Virus record (IMG/VR): IMGVR_UViG_3300014885_000011
Coordinates: 1 to 28,530 of that record
Source: a virus
Taxonomy: Duplodnaviria; Caudoviricetes
DNA: 28,530 nucleotides
Direction: 5' to 3' (one strand)
Shown: positions 15,735 to 24,052 of the stretch, piece after piece
Layout of the letters: each line of letters starts with the position of its first letter
Position numbering within the stretch: position 1 is the stretch's first letter
Notes under the pieces: generated by a model
Database searches by the model: none
The model's input: the letters and a program-made list of their open reading frames with translations, nothing else
Told to the model about the DNA's origin: nothing
Made by a program: the position numbers and the translations under genes

Positions 15735-15920
15735 TCAACTCATACGCATGCGAAGATCGGCTATTTTTTCTGGAGGAGCAGCGCGGACAAGTGCTGCTGC
15801 GACACGCACACCAAGCGAGAGATTCCCGTCGCCAAGACGGCGCAAGGTCTCGCGACTACGTTGGTCGATCGTGATTTGGCTTTTCGTGACTTGAGCGGTC
15901 AATTTTCGGAAAATAGGCAT
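15735..15920 (-). CDS. Small ribbon-helix-helix-like DNA-binding protein
   Basis: SQITIDQRSRETLRRLGDGNLSLGVRVAA pattern; first gene of the primase unit. Confidence 0.6.
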   Translation of the reverse strand: MPIFRKLTAQVTKSQITIDQRSRETLRRLGDGNLSLGVRVAAALVRAAPPEKIADLRMRMS

Positions 15921-15949
15921 TGTGCTTTCGCTTCGTAAAGGTTTATGAT
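15920..15949 (+). promoter_or_regulatory. Candidate sigma70 promoter for the tRNA and replication operon
   Basis: TTGTGC-18 bp-TATGAT, ending 37 bp upstream of the tRNA. Confidence 0.5.
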
Positions 15950-15986
15950 AGCGATGAAGCCTATCACAAGGAATTTTGAATTGCTA

Positions 15987-16064
15987 CTGGGTGTAACTCA
16001 GCCTGGTCAGAGTCCCCGGCCTGGAACCGGGATGTCGCTGGTTCGAATCCAGCCACCCAGACCA
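15987..16064 (+). tRNA. tRNA-Pro(UGG) with atypical anticodon loop and encoded CCA
   Basis: Acceptor CTGGGTG/CACCCAG-A-CCA; D stem ACTC/GAGT; anticodon stem CCCGG/CCGGG with loop CCTGGAA; T arm GCTGG-TTCGAAT-CCAGC; C1-G72 and A73 Pro identity elements. Confidence 0.9.
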
Positions 16065-16330
16065 TGATTCTACCTCGCGTAATGTTTGACCGAGGGCGCC
16101 ATACGTACCTGTGCATCAAAGAGGAATATGGTAGCGTGCTCGCCATTGTAGTGGATAGTCCGTTGCGATTAGCAAGCCTTTCGTTGGAAGAATTTGCAGG
16201 TCTCAAGGGTTGCGCTTATCATCCGTACGATATAGCATTGCGTTTCCTGCGTCTCGCCGATACCCTGGGAACGGGACGGCACGATAGCGAGATACGCAGC
16301 CTACTCCATAACGTACTGAGGAATCAAAAC

Positions 16331-16747
16331 ATGTCGCTTGAAGCAGCAATCGTAGCGCTGACGGAAGAAGTCAAAGCCTTGCGCGCGCAAAATACCACTT
16401 ACGGGAGCGTTACCCAAAAGCTCGTGAAAACAGAGGCGGAAACGCCCACCACCACCACCACCACCACCGAGCCGGCAAAGCCCCGCGGGCGCCCGCGCAA
16501 AGAAGCCGCCGAACCGGCAAAACCCGCCAGCGAACCCAGCTACGGGGACTTGCAAGCCAAATTCAAAGAGTATGACGCTACCAAAGGTCGCAAGGCGTTC
16601 ATCGCGTTCTTGCAAGAGATAGGCTATCCCAAGGGCCTGTCGACAATTCCCCCTGACGCCTACGCTCAGGTTTTTGCGCAAGTCTGCGAAGCGCTTGACC
16701 CCAGCCCTGTTGCAGAAGATGACGGCAGTCTTTTTGGTGGCGACTGA
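16331..16747 (+). CDS. Replication-module protein preceding DUF2800 (frame is open back to 16064)
   Basis: GAGG RBS before MSLEAAIVALTEEVKAL; T/P/A/E-rich linker; KGRKAFIAFL..IG...LSTIP...YA helical C-domain typical of this gene position. Confidence 0.7.
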   Translation: MSLEAAIVALTEEVKALRAQNTTYGSVTQKLVKTEAETPTTTTTTTEPAKPRGRPRKEAAEPAKPASEPSYGDLQAKFKEYDATKGRKAFIAFLQEIGYPKGLSTIPPDAYAQVFAQVCEALDPSPVAEDDGSLFGGD

Positions 16748-17987
16748 GCGCAAGCACGACATCCTGGCCCCGTCGGCGGCGCCGCGTTGGCACCGCTGCC
16801 GGGGGTCGGTTGCGCTTGTGGAAGCGCTCAGGGGCGAGGGTTGTGGTGAGGGCAGCAGTGCATTCGCCGATGAGGGCACTGACGCCCATACCCTAGCGGC
16901 ACGGTGTGTTGAAGACGGCAAGACGGCAAAAGAGTACACAGGTCAATCTCTGCCATTAGGAACGGTCGTAACGCCGGGTATGGCGCGTCATGTGCAGCGC
17001 TACCTTGACTCGCTTAGCGAGTATTTCGCGAATGCCCTGGCGGGGTACTCATGGGGCGCAGAACTGCGGGTAACGGCACAGCTCACGCCGTCGCTGCGCA
17101 TCTCGGGAACTTCGGATCTAGTGCTGCTCACCTACATCGACTCCGAGCTACAGGTGCACGATCTGAAATTTGGTACCGGGGTTAAAGTTGAGGCGTTAGA
17201 GAATGAACAGCTTCTGCTCTATGGCATGGGTGCGCTCGACATGCTGCCGAAAAAAGAACGCGAGCAAATCGAACAGCTACGACTGGTGATTCATCAGCCG
17301 AGACTGTATCACCTAAGCGAATGGACGCTGCCTGTGCAGTCATCGTATTTTAGCGGTTTGGATCACTGGCGCCAATCCTTGCGGGTATCGGCTGAGATCG
17401 CCAAAGAGCTTATCGGCGAACCGCTCAACACTATCCGGCCTCATCTCGTTACCGGCCCGAAGCAGTGCCGTTTTTGTCCCGCCATAACCCGTTGCCCTGC
17501 AATGATCGAGGAAGCCATGTCCTTAACTGGATTCGACCCAGGCAAGCTAACCACACTCGAAGTCTCTGACCCGCTGCTTGTCCACATCTATGAGCATCTG
17601 CCGGCCCTGCGTACGTTCATTAATCGCGTTGAAGCTGAGACCATGAAGCGCGCCAAAGAAACGGGGCTGCCGGGCTACAAGCTCGTGGAAGGGCGCAAGG
17701 GGAACCGATACTGGATTGACCCAGAAAAAGCAATGCAAGAGCTTGTGCTAAGCGGCCTACCGGCGTCTGAAATAGCGCCACCGACTTTGCTATCGCCTGC
17801 AAAAATCGAAGACGGTTTTTCGCTTGTCGAAGCACAAGAAAAGTTGCTGGTGAGCCTTGTCGATCAAAAGCAGGGGGAGCTCACGCTGGCGCCGGCTACC
17901 GACAAGCGGCCGGCTGCAACTATCGAGCCATTGGAATTCGACACACCGGTAGGTGAAACCATGAATCTTTTTGGAGATGTAACATGA
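16737..17987 (+). CDS. DUF2800 family Cas4-like PD-(D/E)XK nuclease
   Basis: HDILAPSAAPRWHRC, ADEGTDAH, GTSD, HDLKFGTG, NEQLLLY, IHQPR, QCRFCPA...C, GYKLVEGR. Start uncertain (16674, 16719 or 16737). Confidence 0.9.
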   Translation: MATERKHDILAPSAAPRWHRCRGSVALVEALRGEGCGEGSSAFADEGTDAHTLAARCVEDGKTAKEYTGQSLPLGTVVTPGMARHVQRYLDSLSEYFANALAGYSWGAELRVTAQLTPSLRISGTSDLVLLTYIDSELQVHDLKFGTGVKVEALENEQLLLYGMGALDMLPKKEREQIEQLRLVIHQPRLYHLSEWTLPVQSSYFSGLDHWRQSLRVSAEIAKELIGEPLNTIRPHLVTGPKQCRFCPAITRCPAMIEEAMSLTGFDPGKLTTLEVSDPLLVHIYEHLPALRTFINRVEAETMKRAKETGLPGYKLVEGRKGNRYWIDPEKAMQELVLSGLPASEIAPPTLLSPAKIEDGFSLVEAQEKLLVSLVDQKQGELTLAPATDKRPAATIEPLEFDTPVGETMNLFGDVT

Positions 17988-18580
17988 GTGAAAAAATACC
18001 GAATCAACTACGCGTGAAACTCTCGGATGTGCGACTCGCTTTCCCAACAATCTGGGATCCCGAGCAATTCCAGGGAACGGGCGAAGCAGCCTATAGCTGC
18101 AGCTTGATCGTTCCTCGCGATTCGCCGCAACTAAAGCAAATCGAAGCTGCGATCATCTTGGCAGCGACACGCAAATGGCCGGAAAAATGGGCGAACATCT
18201 TGCGCGAAATCAAAAACAAGGACGCGTTGTGCGTTCATGATGGCGACATGAAGAGCGAGTGGGAGGGGTTCGCCGATAACTGGTACGTGAGCTGTCGCGG
18301 CACTACACGGCCCAAGATAGTCGACATCAATCCCGACAAGGAACTCACTCGCAATTCGGGCAAACCTTATGCCGGCTGCTACGTTACCGCCGTAATCGAG
18401 ATTTGGGCCCAATCCAATCAGTACGGCAAGCGAATAAATGCGAGTCTGGCGGGGTTACAGTTCAAGCGCGACGGCGAAGCTTTTGCAGGCGGGCGGCCGG
18501 CTGATACATCGGAATTCGACATGGCCGAGGGCGCTGACGCAGAGTTTAATAGCGGTAGCGATTCTCTGTTCGGAGAGTGA
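17984..18580 (+). CDS. DUF2815 family single-stranded DNA-binding protein
   Basis: VRLAFP, DGD, PYAGCYV, GKRINASLAGLQFKRDGEAFAGG, acidic tail. Confidence 0.92.
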   Translation: MSEKIPNQLRVKLSDVRLAFPTIWDPEQFQGTGEAAYSCSLIVPRDSPQLKQIEAAIILAATRKWPEKWANILREIKNKDALCVHDGDMKSEWEGFADNWYVSCRGTTRPKIVDINPDKELTRNSGKPYAGCYVTAVIEIWAQSNQYGKRINASLAGLQFKRDGEAFAGGRPADTSEFDMAEGADAEFNSGSDSLFGE

Positions 18581-18582
18581 AA

Positions 18583-19341
18583 ATGCGATACCTGCTTGTA
18601 GTCTTGTTTGCACTGATGTTCACCCTGTTTGCTTACGCTCAAGTCAAAGGTCCGATTCCTGCATTTGAGTCGTGGCCTGCTCAAACTCCCGACGGGACGT
18701 TCGCTGGCAACCTCGAATCGCCAAACACAGCTTGCCGTAAATCTATCTCCCCCGGGGTGGGCTGGACATGTAGAGGCGGAGTCATGCCAGATGATAATCC
18801 TTTAGCCGCGTGCAAAAACGGTTTTATCGTTAGCGGCCTTCCTAGCCTAGCTGCAGGAGCTAAGATAGTCGGCCCTATCGGAGCCCCTTCATATCCTGTG
18901 TATGAGTGCTCATCCCCTCCCCAATACCCTTACCTTCTGTGCCACGTTAGTCAAGTTACAGGCACCGCCATTCCGCCTAGGCCGCTGTATTACCATGCGC
19001 ACGAAAAGTACGAACGTAGCGGCGCCGGTGTTCTCATAATCGTCGCTGACAATTCTCCGCAAGCAGGCTATTGCGTCGATCAGTATGATGCGCCAGTTTT
19101 CGAAATGGATAGCCACAAGATTTACACTTGCCCCGCCGGCTGGACCATTGCCCAGGTAAGCGGCAAGTTCCTTTGTAACGGCGCGTGCCCGCCGGGAGAG
19201 CAGGTCAGCATCGACGAAATGAAGTGCAGCCCCTTCAGGCACAACCTCATCGCCGAGGATACGGATACACAGAAGCGGCTTCTGCAACGCTGGTCCAACA
19301 TCGGCCAAGTCATTCAGCGTAACAAAACCGTAATGCCTTAG
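18583..19341 (+). CDS. Secreted Cys/Pro/Gly-rich protein of unknown function
   Basis: MRYLLVVLFALMFTLFAYA signal peptide; 10 Cys including TCPAGW and ACPPGE; GGAG RBS. Confidence 0.7.
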   Translation: MRYLLVVLFALMFTLFAYAQVKGPIPAFESWPAQTPDGTFAGNLESPNTACRKSISPGVGWTCRGGVMPDDNPLAACKNGFIVSGLPSLAAGAKIVGPIGAPSYPVYECSSPPQYPYLLCHVSQVTGTAIPPRPLYYHAHEKYERSGAGVLIIVADNSPQAGYCVDQYDAPVFEMDSHKIYTCPAGWTIAQVSGKFLCNGACPPGEQVSIDEMKCSPFRHNLIAEDTDTQKRLLQRWSNIGQVIQRNKTVMP

Positions 19342-19346
19342 CAGTA

Positions 19347-19399
19347 CGCCCCTAGCCGCCGCCATCTCCTCCCCATCTTGGCTAGGGGCGCTATTTTTT
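19347..19399 (+). terminator. Terminator-like hairpin directly before the polymerase start
   Basis: CGCCCCTAGCC / GGCTAGGGGCG 11-bp stem, 22-nt loop, then CTATTTTTT. Confidence 0.6.
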
Positions 19400-19401
19400 C
19401 T

Positions 19402-21399
19402 ATGCAACGTCTTTTCCTTGACCTAGAGACCTACTCCCCTGTCAACCTCAATAAGGCGGGGGCGTACCGCTACGCTGAAGAGGCGCACATCCTTCTCATC
19501 GGCTGGGCAGCCGATGACGGGCCCGTAGGCGTCATCGATTTGCTGCAATGGCCGAAGCTACCCAAGGTGCTGCTCGACGCGTTCAGCGATCCACAAGTCG
19601 AGTTGGTATCGCATGGTGATTTCGACCGCATACTGCTGGAACGAGCGCTTAACGGGCGCTTCCTGTTTGTTAAAGAGCGCTGGCACGATACGATGGCGCG
19701 AGCCCGAGCCCATAGCCTACCTGGCGGGCTTAAAGCGCTCTGTGCGCTCTACAAGCTGCCGGAAGACCAAACCAAGCTAAGCGAGGAGCACGGGTTAATT
19801 CAGCTCTTCTGCGTTCCGCGTACCGACGTGGCTGACTTCCGGCAGCGGCCAGCGAAACGGCCGAAAGAGTGGGCCCGATTCGTGCGCTACTGCGCAATGG
19901 ATGTAGAAGCAATGCGAGCGCTTTATCGCAAGCTGCCTATGTGGAATTTTCAGGGCCGCGAGCGCAAAGCCTACTGCCTCATCGAGACAATAAACGATCG
20001 AGGCTTCAAGATCGATCTAGAGCTTACCGAGAAGGCGGTCGTTCTCGCAGAATCCGAAACGCGCCGGCTTAACGCGCAAACACAAAAAGCCACCAACAAC
20101 GATGTAGAAAAAGCCAGTCAACGCGATAGGCTGCTGTTACACATCTGCACAGAATACGGTGTGCCTTTGGAGAATTTACGCGCTGACACAGTCGACAAGT
20201 GGGTAAATCATCCCGACACGCCCTCGGCCTTGCGTGAAGTGCTGTCGCTGCGACAAGAAGCGTCGAAGACCAGCACAGCGAAGTATAAAGCTCTGTTGCG
20301 CAGCGTATGTTCTGACGGCCGGATACGGGGTGCGCTCGTCTTTGCGGGAGCTGGACGCACAATGCGCATGTCAGGCAAAATTTTCCAGCCACAGAACCTG
20401 CCTCGCACGCCGAAGCATTTAGCCAAGTCGATTGATCTCGCTATCGAGTGCATTAAAGATGATTCCGTTGCGCTCTTTTTCAACAACCCGCTAGAAGTGC
20501 TCGTTGCGTGCATTCGCGGGGCGTTAGTGCCAAAGCAAGGGCATAAGTTCAGTGTCGCCGACGAGGCGAATATCGAAGGCCGCGGGCTAGCCTGGCTAGC
20601 TGATGAAAAATGGAAACTGCAAGCGTTCGCTGCGGGGAAAGACCTTTACGTGCTGGGCTATGCTCGTTCATTCGACGTAAGCGTTGAGGAAGTGCTGGAA
20701 GACGAGCAGCAAGGCGGCGCTATGCGGCTGCTCGGCAAAGTGCAAGAGCTCTCGCTCGGCTATGGCGGAAGCGTCGGCGCGTTCACTAAGATGCTGCAAG
20801 TCTATCTCGCGTTTGTCAGCGGCAAAGCAAAAGATCTGTTGCTGTCGCTCGACGAAAAGCGGGTTAGAGACATAGTGCACAGGTGGCGCGAGGCGAACAG
20901 CAGTATTGTAGGGCTGTGGTACGAACTGGAGCGCGCGGCGCGCAACGCTATCCGCCACCCTGGTGTTGTTTTCCCCGCTCGGCATGTGTCTTTCCGGCGC
21001 GATGGTGGATGGTTGCGCATGCGCTTACCGAGCGGACGTTATATCTGCTATTGGAATCCTGAGGTTGAAGACGATGGGAAGCGCTCGACGCTCTGGTACT
21101 GGGGCATCGATAGCTACACGAAGCAATGGAAGCGCCTTTCTATGTGGGGCGGAAAAACTGCTGAGCAAGCGACCCAGGCTATGGCGTATGATATTTTCAT
21201 AGAGAAGCTGCTCGACGCTGAAGCTGCAGGGTACCGAATTGTGCTGCCGGTGCATGACGAGGGCGTCGCTGAAGTGCCCGACGGCGACGAGTACTCATTC
21301 GAGAAACTAGGCGAGATTTTTACCCGGCCGATAGTGTGGACACCCGGCCTACCGCTCGGCTATGGAGGCTATGATGGATATCGATTCAAGAAAAAGTGA
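19402..21399 (+). CDS. Family A DNA polymerase (APSE/SPO2-like) with 3'-5' exonuclease
   Basis: Exo LDLETYS and YCAMDVE; INDRG; QPQNLPR; motif A ADEANIEGR; motif B RLLGKVQELSLGYGG; motif C VHDE. Confidence 0.95.
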   Translation: MQRLFLDLETYSPVNLNKAGAYRYAEEAHILLIGWAADDGPVGVIDLLQWPKLPKVLLDAFSDPQVELVSHGDFDRILLERALNGRFLFVKERWHDTMARARAHSLPGGLKALCALYKLPEDQTKLSEEHGLIQLFCVPRTDVADFRQRPAKRPKEWARFVRYCAMDVEAMRALYRKLPMWNFQGRERKAYCLIETINDRGFKIDLELTEKAVVLAESETRRLNAQTQKATNNDVEKASQRDRLLLHICTEYGVPLENLRADTVDKWVNHPDTPSALREVLSLRQEASKTSTAKYKALLRSVCSDGRIRGALVFAGAGRTMRMSGKIFQPQNLPRTPKHLAKSIDLAIECIKDDSVALFFNNPLEVLVACIRGALVPKQGHKFSVADEANIEGRGLAWLADEKWKLQAFAAGKDLYVLGYARSFDVSVEEVLEDEQQGGAMRLLGKVQELSLGYGGSVGAFTKMLQVYLAFVSGKAKDLLLSLDEKRVRDIVHRWREANSSIVGLWYELERAARNAIRHPGVVFPARHVSFRRDGGWLRMRLPSGRYICYWNPEVEDDGKRSTLWYWGIDSYTKQWKRLSMWGGKTAEQATQAMAYDIFIEKLLDAEAAGYRIVLPVHDEGVAEVPDGDEYSFEKLGEIFTRPIVWTPGLPLGYGGYDGYRFKKK

Positions 21400-21502
21400 A
21401 ATAGCGCGGCTGAAGCAAGAAGCGCTTATTGTCTTAGCGGCTGTATGCGCTCCGATTGCTATTGTCATACTTGCTTTGGTTATGGCGCTTCAGCATGGCT
21501 GA
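21371..21502 (+). CDS. Small membrane protein (43 aa)
   Basis: GGAGG RBS; MMDIDSRKSEIARLKQEALIVLAAVCAPIAIVILALVMALQHG bridges pol and VRR-NUC. Confidence 0.55.
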   Translation: MMDIDSRKSEIARLKQEALIVLAAVCAPIAIVILALVMALQHG

Positions 21503-21779
21503 GCGCGAATCCGCTATCGAAGCGTACCTTGTCAAGCGCGTTGAGGAGCTTGGTGGCATTGCGTACAAGCTGGACGCGAGCAAGCGCAAGGGAAGCCCCG
21601 ACAGGCTTATCGTCCTACCTGGATTTGTCGGCTTCGTAGAGGTCAAAACGGGCACCGGCGAACTGAACGAACATCAGCTACGTGAATGCGTGCGTTTGGG
21701 GCAGATGGGAGCACTTCACTACACCATTCGCAGCAAAGCGGCAGTAGATAACTTCACTGAAAGAAGACAGCATGGATAA
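21495..21779 (+). CDS. VRR-NUC domain nuclease
   Basis: RESAIEAYLVKRV...GG.AYKL...GSPDRLIVLP...FVEVKT..G.L...Q. Confidence 0.9.
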   Translation: MAERESAIEAYLVKRVEELGGIAYKLDASKRKGSPDRLIVLPGFVGFVEVKTGTGELNEHQLRECVRLGQMGALHYTIRSKAAVDNFTERRQHG

Positions 21780-21954
21780 CCGAATCGAGAGTAGCAAGCT
21801 GTACCAAGCATACCTGATAATAAATGCGCGCTGCATTCTGTTCCATTCAAAGGTAAGCGCATCAGTATTCACAGGCGAAGAAATGGCCCAGCTAGCTAAA
21901 ATATGGGACGCGTACAAAATAGGCTATCGAATCGAGGAAACACATCAAGCTTAG
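21772..21954 (+). CDS. Hypothetical protein (60 aa)
   Basis: Fills the gap between VRR-NUC and the helicase, overlapping the upstream stop. Confidence 0.5.
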   Translation: MDNRIESSKLYQAYLIINARCILFHSKVSASVFTGEEMAQLAKIWDAYKIGYRIEETHQA

Positions 21955-21970
21955 GGCCGAGGAGCGAGCT

Positions 21971-23335
21971 GTGGTAGAACGCTTCAAGCTGCGCCCCGTG
22001 CAGCATCCCATGGTCGACCATATCTTGGAGCGCCCACGGTGCTGCCTCTTTGCAGAAATGGGGCTTGGCAAGACTACAAGCGTACTTTATGCGCTAACCC
22101 TGCTGGAACTCCTCGGCGAGAGCACTTTACCCTGCCTAGTGCTGGGCCCCAAGTTCGTAATCGAAACGGTATGGCCTTCGGAAGTACGGGACTGGCCGGA
22201 GTTTTCACACCTGCAAGTTTCCGTTATCACCGGCACTGAAGTTCAACGGCTGAACGCCCTACGCGCTCGCAGCGATGTCTACACCATGGGCTATCACAAT
22301 CTGCAATGGCTAGTCGACACGTGCAAAGGTTTCTGGCCCTTCAAAACAGTAGTCGCCGATGAGTCCGAAGCGCTCAAAGGGTTCCGGCTCAAGCAAGGCG
22401 GCAAGCGCGCGGGGAAGCTACGGGAATACGCATTCAAGAGCGCGCGCTGGATTAACCTGAGCGGCACGCCGCAAACAAACGGCCTGCACGACTTGTGGGG
22501 TCAGCTCTGGTTTTGCGACCGAGGGAAGAGGCTAGGGCACAGCTACAGCGCGTTCTACGCTAGGTGGTTCCGGCAGAACCAGTACACCAAGCGCACTGAG
22601 CCGGTCTCCGAAGCTGCAGAGCGCGAGATACCCGCCGCGATAGCGGATGTCGCGCTGAGCGTACGTACAAGGGACTGGCTCGACCTCGACAAGCCGATCG
22701 TGACCGATGTCAAAATAACGCTGCCGCAACGAGCCAGGCAGATCTACGACGATCTCGAACGGCGCATGTACACCGAGCTGCTGGCCAAGCCGCTTGAAGT
22801 CGTGACAGCAGCCGCCAAGTCACAGAAATGCTTGCAGGCCGCAGCCGGCGCGATCTACCCCGACGCCGGGTCGCGAGCGCACGAGGAAATACACGCCGAG
22901 AAGCTAGATGCGCTTGAAGAGATCATCGCTGAGACACGAGCGCCTGTCCTGGTCGCAACCAACTTTGTGTCGGACCAAACACGCATAGCAGCCCGTTTCA
23001 AATTCGCGCGCAAGCTTGATGGGCCTGAAGCTATCGAGGACTGGAACAAAGGCCGTATTAAACTGCTCATGGCGCATCCCAAGAGCGCGGGGCACGGCAT
23101 CAACCTACAACACGGCGGAAACGTAATCGTTTTCTTCTCGCTGAACTGGAATCTCGGTGAATACTTGCAGACTATCGAGCGCTTGGGCCCCACACGCCAG
23201 AAACAGTCGGGCTATGATCGCCCCGTGTTCCTGTATCGCATACTCGCGCAGGGCACGCTAGACGTATCGGTAGCCCACCGGCTCGAAGGCAAGCTGGGGA
23301 TTCTTGATGCGCTTATGGAGCGACTGAAGCGATGA
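21971..23335 (+). CDS. SNF2-like SF2 helicase
   Basis: EMGLGKT, VVADES, LSGTP, HPKSAGHGINLQ, QTIERL. Confidence 0.93.
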   Translation: MVERFKLRPVQHPMVDHILERPRCCLFAEMGLGKTTSVLYALTLLELLGESTLPCLVLGPKFVIETVWPSEVRDWPEFSHLQVSVITGTEVQRLNALRARSDVYTMGYHNLQWLVDTCKGFWPFKTVVADESEALKGFRLKQGGKRAGKLREYAFKSARWINLSGTPQTNGLHDLWGQLWFCDRGKRLGHSYSAFYARWFRQNQYTKRTEPVSEAAEREIPAAIADVALSVRTRDWLDLDKPIVTDVKITLPQRARQIYDDLERRMYTELLAKPLEVVTAAAKSQKCLQAAAGAIYPDAGSRAHEEIHAEKLDALEEIIAETRAPVLVATNFVSDQTRIAARFKFARKLDGPEAIEDWNKGRIKLLMAHPKSAGHGINLQHGGNVIVFFSLNWNLGEYLQTIERLGPTRQKQSGYDRPVFLYRILAQGTLDVSVAHRLEGKLGILDALMERLKR

Positions 23336-23478
23336 CGCCGTTGGACAGGTTTTCTCCGATGTCAATATGGATGCATTTCAAAGCCCACGGAGCGCAGCAG
23401 TTGTTTATCAACTACCAGTTCGCTTTGGACGACATTCGGGATGAATTCGCCCGGTGCGACGGGTACTATTCGCAATGA
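23332..23478 (+). CDS. Possible small hypothetical protein (48 aa)
   Basis: ATGA overlap with the helicase stop; fills the gap to the convergent gene. Confidence 0.35.
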   Translation: MTPLDRFSPMSIWMHFKAHGAQQLFINYQFALDDIRDEFARCDGYYSQ

Positions 23479-23481
23479 GGC

Positions 23482-23841
23482 TTAGGGGGTTACGCAACAC
23501 ACACGCAAGTTAGTCGGAGGCGTAAGCACTCCGATGGGAAAGGTAACAATAGCGGTATATGCGCTAGGCGTAACGCCAGCGCTAGCACTGAGCGCTTGGC
23601 ATTGGACTGTGTGATTTCCGGATGCCAACACAAGTGGCGCGAGGTCTAGCTTAAGTTGCTTGGTCGTCGCCGGCGCAACGATAACTGCTGGCGAACTTAC
23701 AGGCGTTGCTGACCCGTCAAACTTGCAGTTGAAGCTATCCGGCTGTGTCGCCGTGGCCAGATAGGGGTCAGATACCAAAAATGGGGACGCTTGAGCGGTG
23801 CAGCAGGTGAACAACGCTGTTAACAACGACGTAGTACGCAT
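23482..23841 (-). CDS. Small exported beta-sandwich (Ig/FN3-like) protein
   Basis: Signal-like MRTTSLLTALFTCCTAQA; GNHTVQCQA...S....PTNLRV pattern; AAGGA RBS. Confidence 0.7.
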   Translation of the reverse strand: MRTTSLLTALFTCCTAQASPFLVSDPYLATATQPDSFNCKFDGSATPVSSPAVIVAPATTKQLKLDLAPLVLASGNHTVQCQALSASAGVTPSAYTAIVTFPIGVLTPPTNLRVCCVTP

Positions 23842-23862
23842 ATAGTTTCCTTTTTCTCGTCA

Positions 23863-23965
23863 AGTCCTTTGGGAGGGCGGGTGCCCGGTACACGCAAGGA
23901 AGTAAGGGAGGTAGTGTTACCCCCCTGCGTGGTGTGTGCTCCCTCTCCCGCCCTCCCAAAGGACT
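23863..23965 (-). ncRNA. Candidate structured RNA (rod-like, 19-bp and 15-bp stems)
   Basis: Perfect 19-bp outer stem; inner 15-bp stem is complete only on the minus strand, through three G-U pairs. Confidence 0.6.
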
Positions 23966-23987
23966 CTCATCCATTCGAGTATAGCAA

Positions 23988-24021
23988 CCCTATCCGGCGC
24001 CCAGCAGGTCGCCGGATAGGG
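23988..24021. repeat. 12-bp perfect inverted repeat
   Basis: CCCTATCCGGCG-N10-CGCCGGATAGGG. Confidence 0.8.
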
Positions 24022-24052
24022 CACAGGTATGAAGCAGTTCGAAGCAGTTCAG

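Noticed and set aside
15987-16064. tRNA as a prophage attachment site
   Set aside because: Phage genes lie on both sides, and there is no integrase or duplicated tRNA 3' end in the window.
16065-16140. Theta/HDV-like ribozyme after the tRNA
   Set aside because: CCTCGCGT resembles an L3 loop, but I could not build P1, P2 and the nested pseudoknot.
16447-16467. (ACC)7 microsatellite as a phase-variation switch
   Set aside because: The trinucleotide unit keeps the frame and encodes a poly-Thr linker.
19402-21399. Polymerase specialised for modified bases (DpoZ-like)
   Set aside because: Motifs match ordinary APSE-type PolA, and no purZ or other nucleotide-synthesis gene is in the window.
23843-23864. 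Second hammerhead (minus strand TTGACGAG...GAAAC)
   Set aside because: Core starts with U rather than C, stem II is absent, and the segment is the RBS of the downstream gene.
23988-24021. Host REP element
   Set aside because: Single copy with only partial resemblance to REP sequences; kept as a plain inverted repeat.
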